Of a DNA stretch of 64,000 nucleotides, positions 50,766-63,728 are shown piece after piece. A program made the position numbers and the translations under genes. Under the pieces are notes generated by a model, which saw only the letters and a program-made list of their open reading frames with translations, ran no database searches and was not told where the DNA came from. The stretch is from Ramazzottius varieornatus. Its lineage: Eukaryota > Animalia > Tardigrada. Position 1 is the first letter of the stretch. The number at the start of each line of letters is the position of its first letter. Location of the stretch: contig BDGG01000007.1 in assembly GCA_001949185.1 (NCBI GenBank), positions 2,190,730-2,254,729 on the forward strand, given 5' to 3'.

Positions 50766-50918
50766 AGACCGGCCAATCAACGGTCAGCTGCCAATCAGTC
50801 TAGCATGAATGTGCAGTATCACACACGGTTAGCCTAGCGTGTCATTGATTACCTGATTATGTACTCATGGCGCAGATTTGTTCGACTGCTTGGCAGCTGA
50901 CCGTTGATTGGCCGGTCT
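50766..50918. repeat. Small foldback / MITE-like element
   Basis: Perfect 29-bp inverted arms AGACCGGCCAATCAACGGTCAGCTGCCAA, with further imperfect pairing inside. Confidence 0.75.
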
Positions 50919-52948
50919 AGAGCTTCGCGAATCAGCTGGACTGCTACGATAGTGCCCAGGTGAAGTCATAAAAAACCACAAGTAATAAAGTTTGGTTTCG
51001 TAAGACTCAGTAGAGTGCGAATTCCCGCCTCTCTCATCAAAGCGAAAGTCCCAGTCTCTCGCGCATACCCATTGTACGAGAGATTGATATCTAACTTAAC
51101 ACCCTGAATACCAAGCTTTTTGTGTCGGCATATTATCAGCGTACTCACTGTGAGCACAGAACTTTGTCTGGAGGGAGTACCCCTGGCCGTTTTGATTTTT
51201 TTCTGGACGCATCGATGACACCAAGTTTGTCCCAAGTCTAGTATCGGTGGAGGAAGCTCTCCTTGATGTTTCAATTTTTTTCTAAACAGGAGGTAGGTAT
51301 GTACAGTAGCTCGAGCAAAGACATGAAACCTAAAATACCCCCAAAACTGCCCGAAATCGTAAGGATTTTTTCCAGCCTGCGGAAGTTGTACTGACTAGTG
51401 GTCATGAGCTGCGTTTCGGTGATAGGACCGCAGACCAGGTATAGAAATAAATTTTGATTCAAACCGGGCAAAATGAAAATCATAGGGAGCGAAAAAGTGT
51501 CGTATTGTACTGACAATAAGTACGGTGGTAATCAGGGTGTTAATCAGGGTAGCGAGCTTGATTTGCGCAGGAATCAGCCAATCAGCCACTCAGCCAATCA
51601 GCCAAGATCGGCTGTGGTGAAGTCGAACCGCTTGAACTCATTACCCTACTCGAGAAATGATTTTGGATTAAGGCATATGAACCGCTGATCCAGTGAGCAA
51701 GGAACTTGAGTAGCTTTTCATTAAGCATTTCTGTGGCCATTTCTTCCCAAAACTTTTCTCAAAGTTTAAATTATCTTACAAAATCTCTAAATGAAGCACC
51801 ACCTGTTGTTGTAACTGTGTTTTTCAAGGTCTGACGTCGATTTAAAATCATTCGATATATTGTCCCCATAAGTGCAACTTGACTAAGGCTTCCATAACTG
51901 ACGAAATTTTGAAACTTTTCGGTATATCCGTGGGTGTAACTGTAGCTTTTCAAGATCATATGAAACTGCAAGTTTGACTGTGGCTTTATCACAACAGGCA
52001 CTTTGCCTTTGACTGCAGCTGTAACCAGTTTCGTAATTTCCCTCTGCCTTTAACTGTGACTATTATCATCAAATAGATCTGGTTACAGATCCAATTCAGC
52101 TTTCAGAATCGGAACTGGAAATATCTCATACCCGTTTGTTTATATAGAAACGGGTATGAGAGGGGATTTAGTGTCAGTGTTATAATCATTGTGTACGCTG
52201 TGTGACGCCATTCTGATGTCAAAACGTTTTCGGACAAAATTCCCATCCCCTTTGGATCTTCCTGACGTTTGAGCAGTGGCCGTTTGAGCAGTGGTCAGTT
52301 GGCCATGTGGCTTCAGCTTCACGTTCGTCGCTGTTTGCTCATGTTACCTCATCATGATCAGCAGTTGAAGAAAGCCCCTGGGGTGCCGACACTTCGAAAC
52401 CGATTCCTGAACGATCATTTTCTTAGTCAATGTTCCGGATACTGGGTCGCCGAAACCCATGTGAGCTGTTACAGTGGCCCACCGACTTCGTGCATTGTCG
52501 AGGTATACAGCACCATACCTACGGTCATCATCTTGGTACGTCGTGATGGGGTTCTTCCGGCCAACCCATTATCCGCCCATGAGCTCGCGGCCCCAAGCTG
52601 GAAAAAAGCTTAGCGTTACCTGCATGCACAATCGTAGGAGCCGCATCAGCACTGTTTGTTGTTGTCCGACCATTGTTCTAACCCTATTGTTACAGTCAAC
52701 GCGCGCTGAATGGCGATGAATACATGGAATATTCGACTGTTGTATCTGTTTAAATCTGTCTGATCAGGTACTGAACAGGCTAATTGAGCGAGACCAGTCT
52801 TTGAAATTAAACGGGTCACCAACTTCCACTTCGACATTGATCCATCGCTTACTGTTCACCTGACCTCTTAAGGAGCCCTGCACATTCTGTAAATCTGTCT
52901 TTCCACTTCCTTGCTAAGTATAGTTTGATCTTTAAGAGCTCTTTCACA

Positions 52949-55900
52949 ATGTGGGCGCTGTGTCCTGTAATATCCTCCAGCAGGATCTGGAGTTTGTTCT
53001 TGTTGTTGGCTATATGGAGTTTCACAGCGTCAGAAGGTAAGCTTAGAATTTGAAAGTACGTTGATTCGTAAACGGCGCATATGCTCAGCCCATAACCGTG
53101 TTAACGTGCGCCACTTGGGATAAAATTCTGGTTGAATATAAACTTGCTCTTCCCGCTTGCAGCTCGTCGGTTCAAAAGGAAGGCAATCGATGTGGAGTGC
53201 CAGGAAATTGGCAAATACTACCGCAACCCCGATGTCTCCAAGCAGAATTGCTACACGTACTATTACTGCTTAGGCGGAACTGTCTTTGAGTACTCATGTT
53301 CCGGAGGTCTCATGTTCGACATCCGACAGCAGATTTGCAACTTTGAGGACCAAGTTAAAAACTGCAACACCACTGCAGGTACATGTGTAACCCTTATCAA
53401 ATTCAGTACACGCAGGACGAGAAATTATGGTACAGTAAAAATTATGGTACAGGCTTTTTCGCTACGGCGGTACGGAAGCACGTGGGTGCGCGACCAATTC
53501 ACAGTACTGTAGTGCTACCAAATTATCGCGCACTCAACCACGTGATGAGTTATCGTTGCCCATTGCGATCAGATGATCCGGTGTCGTCTCTGTGACTCTC
53601 ACCCGGGCATCATTTACTGATCACGTGGTTGAGTGCGCGACAATTTGATGGCACTACAGTAATACATTTTCCGACACTTTTCCACGGTCGAATTTCCATT
53701 TTGCCGTTCTTTCCGCCTGTACCATAATTTTTACTGGCCCCATAATTTCTGGTCTTGGGTGTACAAGAGAACCTTTTTCCATTGTTTGAATCACTGTGGG
53801 GATTTTTAAAGTGAAACTTTAGCGAGATTCCGACCATTTCTCTACCACATGTCCAACTTTCACAGAAGCTACAAGTCCAAGACCCAGGCTAAACACCATC
53901 GAGCCCATCTGCCCTCCCGGCCAACTAGCGTGCAATGGTGGCCAGTGTATCGACAAAGGCCAGTTCTGTGATGGTGAGCTTGCTTTATGTGATGTGCAAA
54001 TTTTCATTATGGTGGCTATGATGAAATATTCTTCCCGCAGGTAACAACGATTGCGGTGACTATAGTGACGAAGTGGTCTGTGGTTTCAACGAGGATCCCA
54101 ACCTGGTAGCCACCTGTAACAAGACTGCTTGTCAACTGCCCGACTGTTTCTGCAGCACCGGTGGCGCCACCCCGCCTATCCGAGATGTCAGCACCATCCC
54201 CCAGATGATCGTCATCACCTTCGACGATGCCATTGTAAGCTGCCAATGAAGAGAAAACCGATGAGGACTGAGTTCACAGGGAACAGGAAGGTAAAGTGAT
54301 TATTTGTGTTGACAGAACGTGCAGAACATTGACCTGTACAACAGTATCTTCTCACCCAACCGGACCAACAAGAACGGTTGTCCGATACGCGGCACCTTCT
54401 TCGTCTCGCACGAATACTCTAATTACCAGTAAGCCTTCTTCATTCGTTACCTTAAGAGCCAGTTCTTGCAGACACGGCCTGTCTGTTCTTACGTCGTGCT
54501 GACTGAATTCACTATACAGGTACGTCGAGAAAATGTGGAAGGACGGACACGAAGTAGCCTCGCACAGCATCACGTAAGTCTTGGTCTCCACCGGAGTGTG
54601 GACGTCGACAAATCAGTCCCTTGACTCTTTTCCCCAAGTGGCGCACGCTCAAACCCAAGAAAAATGTCAACGTGCGTCACTTGAGATAACGTTCTGGATG
54701 AACTGATCTGCCTCGTCTCAGCTCTTGGAGGTCTTCGGATGAGATGATTGGTTGTGCAGGCATCGGCAACCGGAGAAATGGTGGAGCAACGCCTCCAAGG
54801 ACGAGTATACCGCAGAGTTCGAAGGGCAGCGCAGTATCCTCAGCCAGTTCGCCAACATTCCAATGAGCGAAGTCAAAGGTCTCCGCGTACCTTTCTTGAG
54901 ACCGGGTTGGAATGCCCAGTTTGACATGATGACGGAAAGTGGCTTTCTGTACGACGCCAGCCTTGTCGGTAAGATAGCTCTCTGGTTTCAGTACGGGAGA
55001 TGGTTCGTGGGAGGCCTTTCCGTAGGAGACCAGCTCAACAATGTTTTTTTGTACTTTTGTAGCTCCTCCTTCGACACCGCCGCTGTGGCCGTATACACTG
55101 GACTACCGTATGCCCCATAAATGTATCGGCTATGAGCAGAAATGTCCAACTCGGTCTCATCCTGGCGTCTGGGAGATGGTGATGAATCAGCTGCTGACTA
55201 AGAGGTACGATTCGACCACAACTCAGCTTAGACAAGCGAGTACTTGGGACAACGGCAGAAGGTCTTAGCTGAATCGTTAAATTCAAGTGGCGCATATCTT
55301 CGTGTTAATGGCTGGGAGGGTGCGCCATCTGACAAAACGCTTGGAGCACAGTCCTTTGCCGGTGTCCCACTTGCCCTCATGTTTCACTGAGTGGTCTGAT
55401 GTTTCAGCGGATACTATTGCTCTATGATTGACAACTGCCCAGAGGAAACCAACCAAGACCGCATGAAGGACTTCTTCATGGATAACTTCAAGCGCTTCTA
55501 CGAGACAAACCGCGCACCTTTCGGCTTGTACTTCCACACTTTGTAAGTTTACACCCTCAAGCTTCGGCATCTCTGCGCACTACTGTGGTGACCTCGGGAG
55601 GAGCAAATGATTTCTTCTCTGGTAGGTGGTTTGACAGCAAGTCTCATACCGAAGCTTTCATGAAGTTCATTGACGAGGCTCTAGCCATGCCGGACGTTTG
55701 GGTTGTAACCGAATGGCAAGTGGTCGAATGGATGAGGGATCCGACTTCTCTCCAGAACATTGCTCAATTCAAGCCCTGGCAATGCAACGACCCAACAGAC
55801 ATCCGCAAGATGGTCGACCCTGTATGCCAGATACCCAACTACTGTCATCTGATGTCTCCTGAAATCAAAGGCGATCGCTATATGGGTATGCACTATCCAT

Positions 55901-56041
55901 ATGCATGTTTTGATTGTTCGATTGTGGGTTTCTCAAATTCATTATGTATACAGACATAATTTCGTCTTCTTTACAGCTACGTGCAACGCTTGTCCTTCAC
56001 AGTATCCCTACCTGAAGAACCCTTCCGGCCAAGATGTGTGA
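52949..56041 (+). CDS. Group I chitin deacetylase (CBM14 + LDLa + NodB; serpentine/vermiform-like), ~527 aa
   Basis: Exons 52949-53036, 53163-53378, 53866-53973, 54041-54234, 54316-54428, 54520-54573, 54760-54968, 55063-55204, 55408-55542, 55626-55885, 55977-56041. LDLa [32 protein letters not shown]; intact TFDD, HSITH and RVPF. Confidence 0.93.
53406..53764. mobile_element. Intronic foldback MITE with ~145-bp imperfect arms and possible TA target duplication
   Basis: CAGTAAAAATTATGGTACAGGC and CGCGCACTCAACCACGTGAT recur as reverse complements; ends read TA-CAC...GTG-TA. Confidence 0.7.
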
Positions 56042-59000
56042 TCCAGCCAAAGTCTTGTCCTTGACTTGTTATAATTTTATGCTCTTTCTGCCAGTCATCC
56101 ACACTGATTGACTTTCCACCAACTGACAGGCCTTTTTCGACTGTCATCTGTAGACCCAAAAACAGTACACTCTTTCTTAATAATAAGCATATTTGATACT
56201 ATCTTGCACTGGTTTCAACCTCTGATATATTCTCTGGATTCTGGAAGACACTGTATTGATACTGTGCATGGCCATGGGATGGCTGAGCGTCGGCTCGCAT
56301 ATCCTTGCATTCTGCAGAAAGGATTACATTTTTCTTCGCACAGTTTCGTCTACTTGTAGTATGCCTTGAGACAACTTTGCTGAAGAGAAATGAAATATAG
56401 TTTGGTAAGCGGAATTCTATAGCACTCAGGGTGAACAAGGCGCCTGGAAGGCTTTAATCATTGACGATGGCGCTGCTAGCAGGAACCGCAAATGTGTGTG
56501 ACCCCGCTGTAGGGCGGACTTTGATTAGACCTAGAAAGGTTCCAGCTACACATAGGGAAAGAATGGAGAACAGGTCGGTCGAACCGGGAACCACAGGGAA
56601 CTTGACCAGCGAAAAAGAAATTAATACCGAAGCGTTGAGACAAAAGGTTCAACCTGTTGCCGACAAGAACGTCAACTGTAACGTCAGTCTGTTACTGCCA
56701 GCAATTACTCGTTAATAGATGGATTTTTGTTAAAGCCACAACACTACGGTAGTTGCCAACATTCCATTGAGGAAACAAGAAAATTACGGCTACTTTGACT
56801 GACATTAAAATGTTTTACGACCGACAGGACCTGCTTTACCGAATTCCAAAGGACCACACACCCAAACAATTTTTCGTGTGCGCCATTATCAATAATAGAT
56901 GAATTTTGCCAACTACACGCGGAGGCCACAATGCAAAAGACCATTTCCAACTAATTCATCCCCAAATCCTTAACACGGAAGTAGAGAAAATTATGTTCCA
57001 TGACAGACTATGTAAGCGGATACAATGGATCGGGTTAACTATTGTACAATACCGTTCAAACAAGATTACTTTCACAAACCCGGAAGAGGCAATTCTTCGA
57101 ATTCAAAGTTGAAACAACAGACGGTTGCGCTCCGTTGTGAAGTTTTGACTCTGCTCTTACAGAGGTTTGAAGCAGTCATTCTAGCCATGAGTACAGTATT
57201 GACAGAAACCGAAAGCTGTAATGGATAGGTTAAAATCAGGTTGACGACGCGTGAAAAGACAACCCGCAATTACTTTGGAGTTATGTTGACCTCCTGGAAA
57301 AAAACAGAGTCACGCCGTAAATCTGTCGTGATATACGCAACATCTCGATGTGAGGCGAAAAGGCCTGACGTAACCATACGCAACGTTCATTTGAAGTTAC
57401 CGCATCTTCTTTCTCGTGTTCCCCATGAGAGAGCAATGTAGCCATGTTCGAACACGCAGAAGAAGAAAGTAAATGAACGACTGTAAGGCACAGTTTCTTC
57501 CATCGAGAAGACCATTGTTCTGTTTCAGTCAATGAAAAGTTTGAGGTTAGTGTGACAGTGAGTTTGTCAGATGGAGAAAGATAGCTAAGCCTTCGCTTCA
57601 ACTGCGTTTCAGAAAGTGGTACTTGCTCCGCTACATATGGTGCTGCGTTAGCCGATGGACAAATGACATGTTGTACACTTCTGCCTCCGTATATTGCCGC
57701 TGAAGGTATCGACGGACCTTGATGGACACTTTAATGACATTTGTTTTTGAACAAGCATCGAACATGTAAAAATTGTTGACTTGTCCTCTGTATGCCTTTT
57801 TCACATTCTCGAGCAGCAAGTCATTCTCATTGTATCATCAAGTTATCAATCCCTTTCTGCGTCTACGTCTCGCCGATGCTGCGTGGGGTTGGAACTCGGC
57901 GAGGAATTTCTTGACGCTAACGCTGAGATATATGGTAGGCCATTGTTGTCTGGCTTGTGCATCCTCTGATTATCAAGAGGCGTTGCGACTAGGATGACAT
58001 GGTCAGGACGGTCCAGGTAGCCCGCGCTCTGCCTTCGCCGATCGGAGTTTCGGTCTTTTGTAAAGAGGGGTAAGTCCAGCCAGCCACGTCCAGCCCAGTC
58101 GAGTTCTTGCTTCCTGCTCGAAAGTTTTCCACTCACAAATTTTATGGACGAAATCTGATCTAACTAAGCTTGAAATCAGCGTTTAATCAGCTTTTCATCT
58201 GATTTTGGCAAGATTTTGACGGAAAAAGGCCATCAATTGGCACGAAATGAGCTTTTAATCCTGGTAGAACCTCTAATGGAGAACTCCGCTTTTTTCGTCT
58301 GGCGAACCAGAGATCTGGCTGGGCTGGGTTCTCTATCATCGCCAGTTAAAAAGTTTCTCCATCCAGAGAAAGATGGGAAACTTGTAGCAGCCCAGGTTTT
58401 AGCTTTGCGCTGGTTGCGTGTGCTGCATGTTCCTCAGAAATACTTGAATTTGACAAGCTGCCACTTTTCGTCCGTTGCATTTTGTGTGTTGCGGGGCTGA
58501 TTCCGATCGTCAGTCAAAGTCGTTCGTTTCACACTTGCCAACCGTGCTTGCACTTTCTGGCGAACCAAAAAGATATTTATGTGGAGCCGACTACTGGGGG
58601 CTGCGTCATCGCATTGTCGTATAAAGCAACAAGTCAGCCAGTCATTAGGCATTGTGCGGCAGTATGTGCAGTCACGCCTGACCAAGTCAAGGAAGAGAAA
58701 AACAGCAAGAACCACCTTTTGAACCTTTCTCCGTTGCACTTGCATGTACGTTGATCTGGCCCACATATGGCATAATATGGAAAGTCGATGGCGACATACT
58801 ACCACCGTGTCGGCCTTGCGCGCTGGAACAATAGACAAAGCGTTTGGGCTGTACTAATTATCCCCTGCGCCACGCATTCATTGCATTTAATATGACTATA
58901 GTTGATCTTCTTGATAAGCGGCTGCCGCTTTTTCATCCAATATCAATATCGACGGTTGCATGGTTTCACTTTCTGTTATCTCTTCCAGCAGCCAAGTTGA

Positions 59001-59077
59001 GTGAAATGAAGCTATCGGATCTCCGTTTCTTCCGTGTGCGAATGCGAATATAACTGAGATCGATCCTTCTCTGGACC

Positions 59078-61393
59078 ATGCGAGGAAGCACACTGATTCG
59101 CTGGATATGGAATGTTATCATATTATTTCATGGTAAGCCTCTCCTATAACGTCCTGGCCGTCAGATCTTGAAGCTTTGATAAGCTTTTTAAACTAGTTGC
59201 TTGTCGTGTGTCATCATCACCATCGTAAAGTAGCTCCCACGTTCTTACCCTGAAAACATTGCGGCTGATGGGAATATTGCAGGAAATAGTCGGAAGGATT
59301 CATTCTGTTGCCGCCTAGCTGTAAGTTCGTTTCGTTTCGTTATCTAGTGTTGCAGTGAGCCGTATTGAAGAAGGTGGTGTACAGTAAGCGAGCTGTATGA
59401 GAAGTTACGATGGTGATGCGGCAAATGAATTTGTCATGGGTAGGGATTGGACAAGTTGAGGTCTGCCAGAGCTTGGTAATAAGAAAGACCTGTCTCTGCT
59501 ACTTGGTGGAACCGATCTAGATCTAAATCGTGTCTTTGTAGATGTCAGGTGGATAGGGACGGCGGGACTGTTCGAGTGTCCCTCCCGTTTCGGCTACTTT
59601 GCCGACCGCGCCGAATGCACCAAGTATTACATTTGTAACTTTGGCTTCGGCGTCCAGCAAGAATGTCCCAACGGATTGCAGTTCTCCACACGCTTACGCA
59701 ACTGCGACTGGATACGCAACATCAACTGCACGCAGTACCCCGGTACAGTCATGCTCTTACCCACCTCAGCCCACTGATTACCTTGCTCAACTCCTTCATT
59801 ATCTGCCGCTGCAATCTGAAAAAGCGATTATCACGGCACTTTCTGATTCTCAAGTTGATTGACAGGCTTCGCGTACCGCCAAGGGGAAGACTCGTTGCCG
59901 TTGCCAGCCTCTGTCGAAACGACGACGGCAGACACGGACATCTACATGCTACCCTTGAAGAACTCGCGCTTCCCCCCGATATTTGCTCAAGCACGTAAGT
60001 GCTCTGTTTTTCTGCTTGCCGTCATTAATTGCCATCTAGCTGAACTGATCAGATTAAAGATGGTTGGTGTAAGGTAACGCGCAGTGTGTTTGTAGCCCAA
60101 CGAACGACCACCGGCAGGCCTGAACTGCAAGTCTGCCCGGCCCGACCCTGCAACAGCAGCACCTGCACAGCCCCCAGATGTCGCTGCGGTAGCTCCGATA
60201 TCCCCAACGGTATGGACCCGGAAGATGTGCCGCAGATGATTATCATTACGTTCGAGAACGCCATCAACGAGTGGACCTATAGCGTCTACCAGAGTATTCT
60301 GCGCGAGGATCGAAAGAACCCCAACGGATGCCCCATCAAAGCCACCTTCTTTGTCTCCCATGAATGGACGGATTATTCTAGCGTGCAGAATTTGTACAGC
60401 AGCGGACACGAGATGGCCGTCCTGGGAGTTAGGTAGGCCAATCAACAGAGCAATTCATCAACCTTAAAGGACAAAAATAGGTGACGCTATATCCACATCT
60501 GACGATTCCTGTCGGTAATGTGCATGCAATACATTGTATTGCTGAGAGTGATTTATTGGGCTTTACTACCTTCTCTCTAACAGCATTCTTTGCAGATTGG
60601 TGTAATATTTTGTCATTTTAGTTTGCTGTATGAGGGGAACAGGAGCGAACATTCCTGGGAAGAGGAAGTGGCCGGCCAGCGCAAGATCCTTTCCCTTTTC
60701 GGCAACGTCTCCAAGGCCGACGTCCATGGTATGCGCGCGCCCTACCTGACCATCGGTGGAGACGAGCAGTTCAGCATGCTGTACCGCAACGACTTCACCT
60801 TTGACTCCTCCATGCCAGTCTTTGAGAACGAACCGCCCTTCTTCCCCTTCACACTGGACTGCCTCATCAATAACTACTGCATGATTGACCCCTGCCCCAA
60901 GAACTCTTACCCCGGCATCTGGGAGCTGCCCGTCGTCATGTGGAGCGACCTGTCAGGTTCGCGCTGCAACACGGTCGACGGATGCACCGACTCCATCTCC
61001 GCCCCTGAGGTCTTCGAGCTGCTCATGTCCAACTTCGAACGGCACTACAGCACCAACCGCGCACCTTTCAACATGTTCATGAGCCCGGCCTGGTTTGCCA
61101 AAGAAATGAATACTAAAGCCTTCAAGAAATTCGTCGAGACCATGTTGAGCAAGAAGGACGTCTTCTTCGTGACCATTGATCAGGTTATTCAGTGGATGAA
61201 GAACCCGACGCCCTTGTCGCAGATCAAGGACTTCAAGCCATGGCAATGTCATGCAGCTCCACCTACGCCGCCATGTTTGAACCCCAATATCTGCACACCG
61301 TGGTTCGAGAAGGCCAAAGAAATCAGACCCCTTAAGACTTGTATGCCTTGTCCAAAGAAGTATCCCTGGCTGGGTAATGAGGAAGGTCTTTGA
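59078..61393 (+). CDS. Chitin deacetylase-like protein (CBM14 + NodB fold), predicted catalytically inactive, ~497 aa
   Basis: Exons 59078-59132 (less certain), 59542-59742, 59866-59994, 60096-60432, 60622-61393. Motif 1 reads TFEN instead of TFDD; motif 2 reads HEMAVLGVSL instead of HE(I/V)xSHSIxH. Confidence 0.9.
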
Positions 61394-62538
61394 GGAGGTA
61401 GCGCCCACTGCCTGACCTACACCTATTGATGGCCTACCTACCTTTTAATTCCACCACCATCTTGATCAAGACTTGGTTTGTCCAAGAGCTTATTAGCCTG
61501 TGTTCTCTAACTGTGATGCAACTAGTCAATGCTGCCATGTCTATTTGTTCGACGCCACCAGCTGCTAGCTATACATAGTTGTATGCACTTGTTGGTCGTC
61601 TTTGTTGTCGAAGATGCTGTACTTCCAATTGGTCAAGCAAGTCCAATATGGTAAACTGCCAGTCTTGTGTGCGTAGTACGTGTTTCCCCGGACAGGGCGC
61701 AAAGATCATGGCCCTCTGGAAATAACAGGCTCGTTCTAAGAAGCACCCTCGCGCTCGACAATTCGGCTGATAGATTACTGCCCAACACACAAAGTATTGC
61801 TATAAACAGCAATTTGATCATGACAACAGACTTGGCCACTATCTTGTCATGGCACACCCTGGTCAGTATAGAAGCTACTGTAATGCTTCATAAATCTCTC
61901 GCATTACGTCAAAGCACGCATAGTGGGGGGTGGAGGTAAGGGGAGGCGTACAGTACACGCCTGTTGCGACGTATGTGTGTGAGACTCATGAAGCATTACA
62001 GGACTTCCGCCCTTATAGACAGCTGGTTAAATGACAACTGCTTCCTTGTATCCTCTTTTTCTCGACGATCCACCATGTCTGACTGTCGGTTCTTCCCTTT
62101 CCGCCGCCAAAAGGGTCTGCCGTATTTTCCCTCTCTGCTTGACACAAGGTAACGCAATTGCCTTCCAAAATCATCAACCAGTGTGCAGACATACAGGGTG
62201 ACACGAGAATGACACTGGATTTCGAGAGAGACCGGCAGCTAGAGCCCCCTATCTCTGTCCTCCGATCATTCATTTCTTTCTATACACTGTACCGTAACTG
62301 CAATATCCATAGTGGGGATAAGAAGATATCCGACAGCATCTCTATTGTGTACTTCGCGACTTGAAGACTTCCTTCAGCCGATTTGAATATCCGCTTGGCC
62401 TACAGTTGCGCTGAATCTCACCAGCACTGCACCGCCTAGAAGTTAGTAGGAGAAAATTCGACCCGAAGAGGATGTGTTCGTACGGTTTGGTAGCGCTTCA
62501 GTATTAAAGTTCAAGGGAAGACTCCGTGAAGTGCGGTG

Positions 62539-62800
62539 CATTGTTTTCACCATCCTTCACCGACTCGGTGAAAACTTCACTGGCGCGCTGAAGAACGGTG
62601 AAGGATGGTGAAGGAAGTAGACTCGGTCCATTGATTCATTGTATGGTCATACCTTGATTAATTGACTAATTTAGGATGAAACCAATCAGTCAAGGTATAA
62701 TTGATCAATCAATCAATGGATCGAATCTGCTGTCTCCACCATTCTTCACTGCGTCAGTGAAATTTTCCCCAAGTCGGTGAAGGTTAGGGAGAATACACTG
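62539..62800. mobile_element. MITE-like element with ~65-bp imperfect TIRs
   Basis: CCTTCACCGACTCGGTGAAAACTTCACTG pairs with CAGTGAAATTTTCCCCAAGTCGGTGAAGG. No TSD seen. Confidence 0.65.
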
Positions 62801-62925
62801 TGGGCCAATTAGGTACTGTACAGCAAAAGGGGCCAAGGCCAGAATCGAGTTTTCGACCGGTGACGGAGCAATTAAACAGCTGATCAAGCTGCAATCCACA
62901 GACGTGAATTAGACAGCTTGATGGG

Positions 62926-63492
62926 TAGACCTGAGAAAAGTGTGATTAAGTGTGGTGTTTTTCGGTTCGGTGCTTCTCCACACCGAAACTGGTTTTTCGG
63001 TGCGAAAGCCACACCACTTTTTCCGGTGTGGTATGGATCGGACACCACTCTTTCGGTGCACCACACCAAACCAAATCGAAAAACCGAAAAAAGTCTCAAA
63101 GAGCGAATTCACAATTTATTAATCCGTCATCAACAAATCGAACTGCGCTGTAAGAAACTCAAAAAAATACCAAGATTTCAAACACATCGAAATTTGCACG
63201 GTCGTACTATCTAGTGAACTTTCAACAACAATCAACAGTTAGTCGGATCAACCACGGGGCGGAACAGCGAGTTTGCGATAATCATCTAGCCAAAGCTAGC
63301 TGACTAGCTAATTAAATCTGGTGCACCAAAAGTTTTTCGGTTTGGTGTGATGTAGTGTTCCTAGACACCGAAACGGCAAATTCGGTGTGACTCGGACACC
63401 AATTTTTCGATTTGGTGTTTCAAGCACACCGAAACCAAAAAGAGTGGTTTTTTTCGCTGTGGTGTGGTGAAACCGCACCATCCTCAGGTCTA
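62926..63492. mobile_element. hAT-family MITE with subterminal CACC/GGTG repeats
   Basis: TIR TAGACCTGAG / CTCAGGTCTA; perfect 8-bp TSD TTGATGGG at 62918-62925 and 63493-63500. Confidence 0.88.
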
Positions 63493-63728
63493 TTGATGGG
63501 CCAATTACTTGGAGCCCAAGTTCTTACGGCACCAATTGAAAAGTCGGGTTTGGCCCTTCCCCCTTTTACAGTAGCTTATTTGCCTACACTGTATCTTATC
63601 TCGCCTAGCTGTTGGATATCATGGCCAAGTACGCTACGATATTTGAGCAAGACGGCGTTTATCTTTGTCAAAACTGCGTTGCGAATCGACGAACTTTTGT
63701 GAAGCGCCAGGGAATACAATAGATGAAA

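Noticed and set aside
56700-58140. Interrupted minus-strand reading frames, possibly a decayed transposase
   Set aside because: Stops and frameshifts; no DDE motif or TIRs identified.
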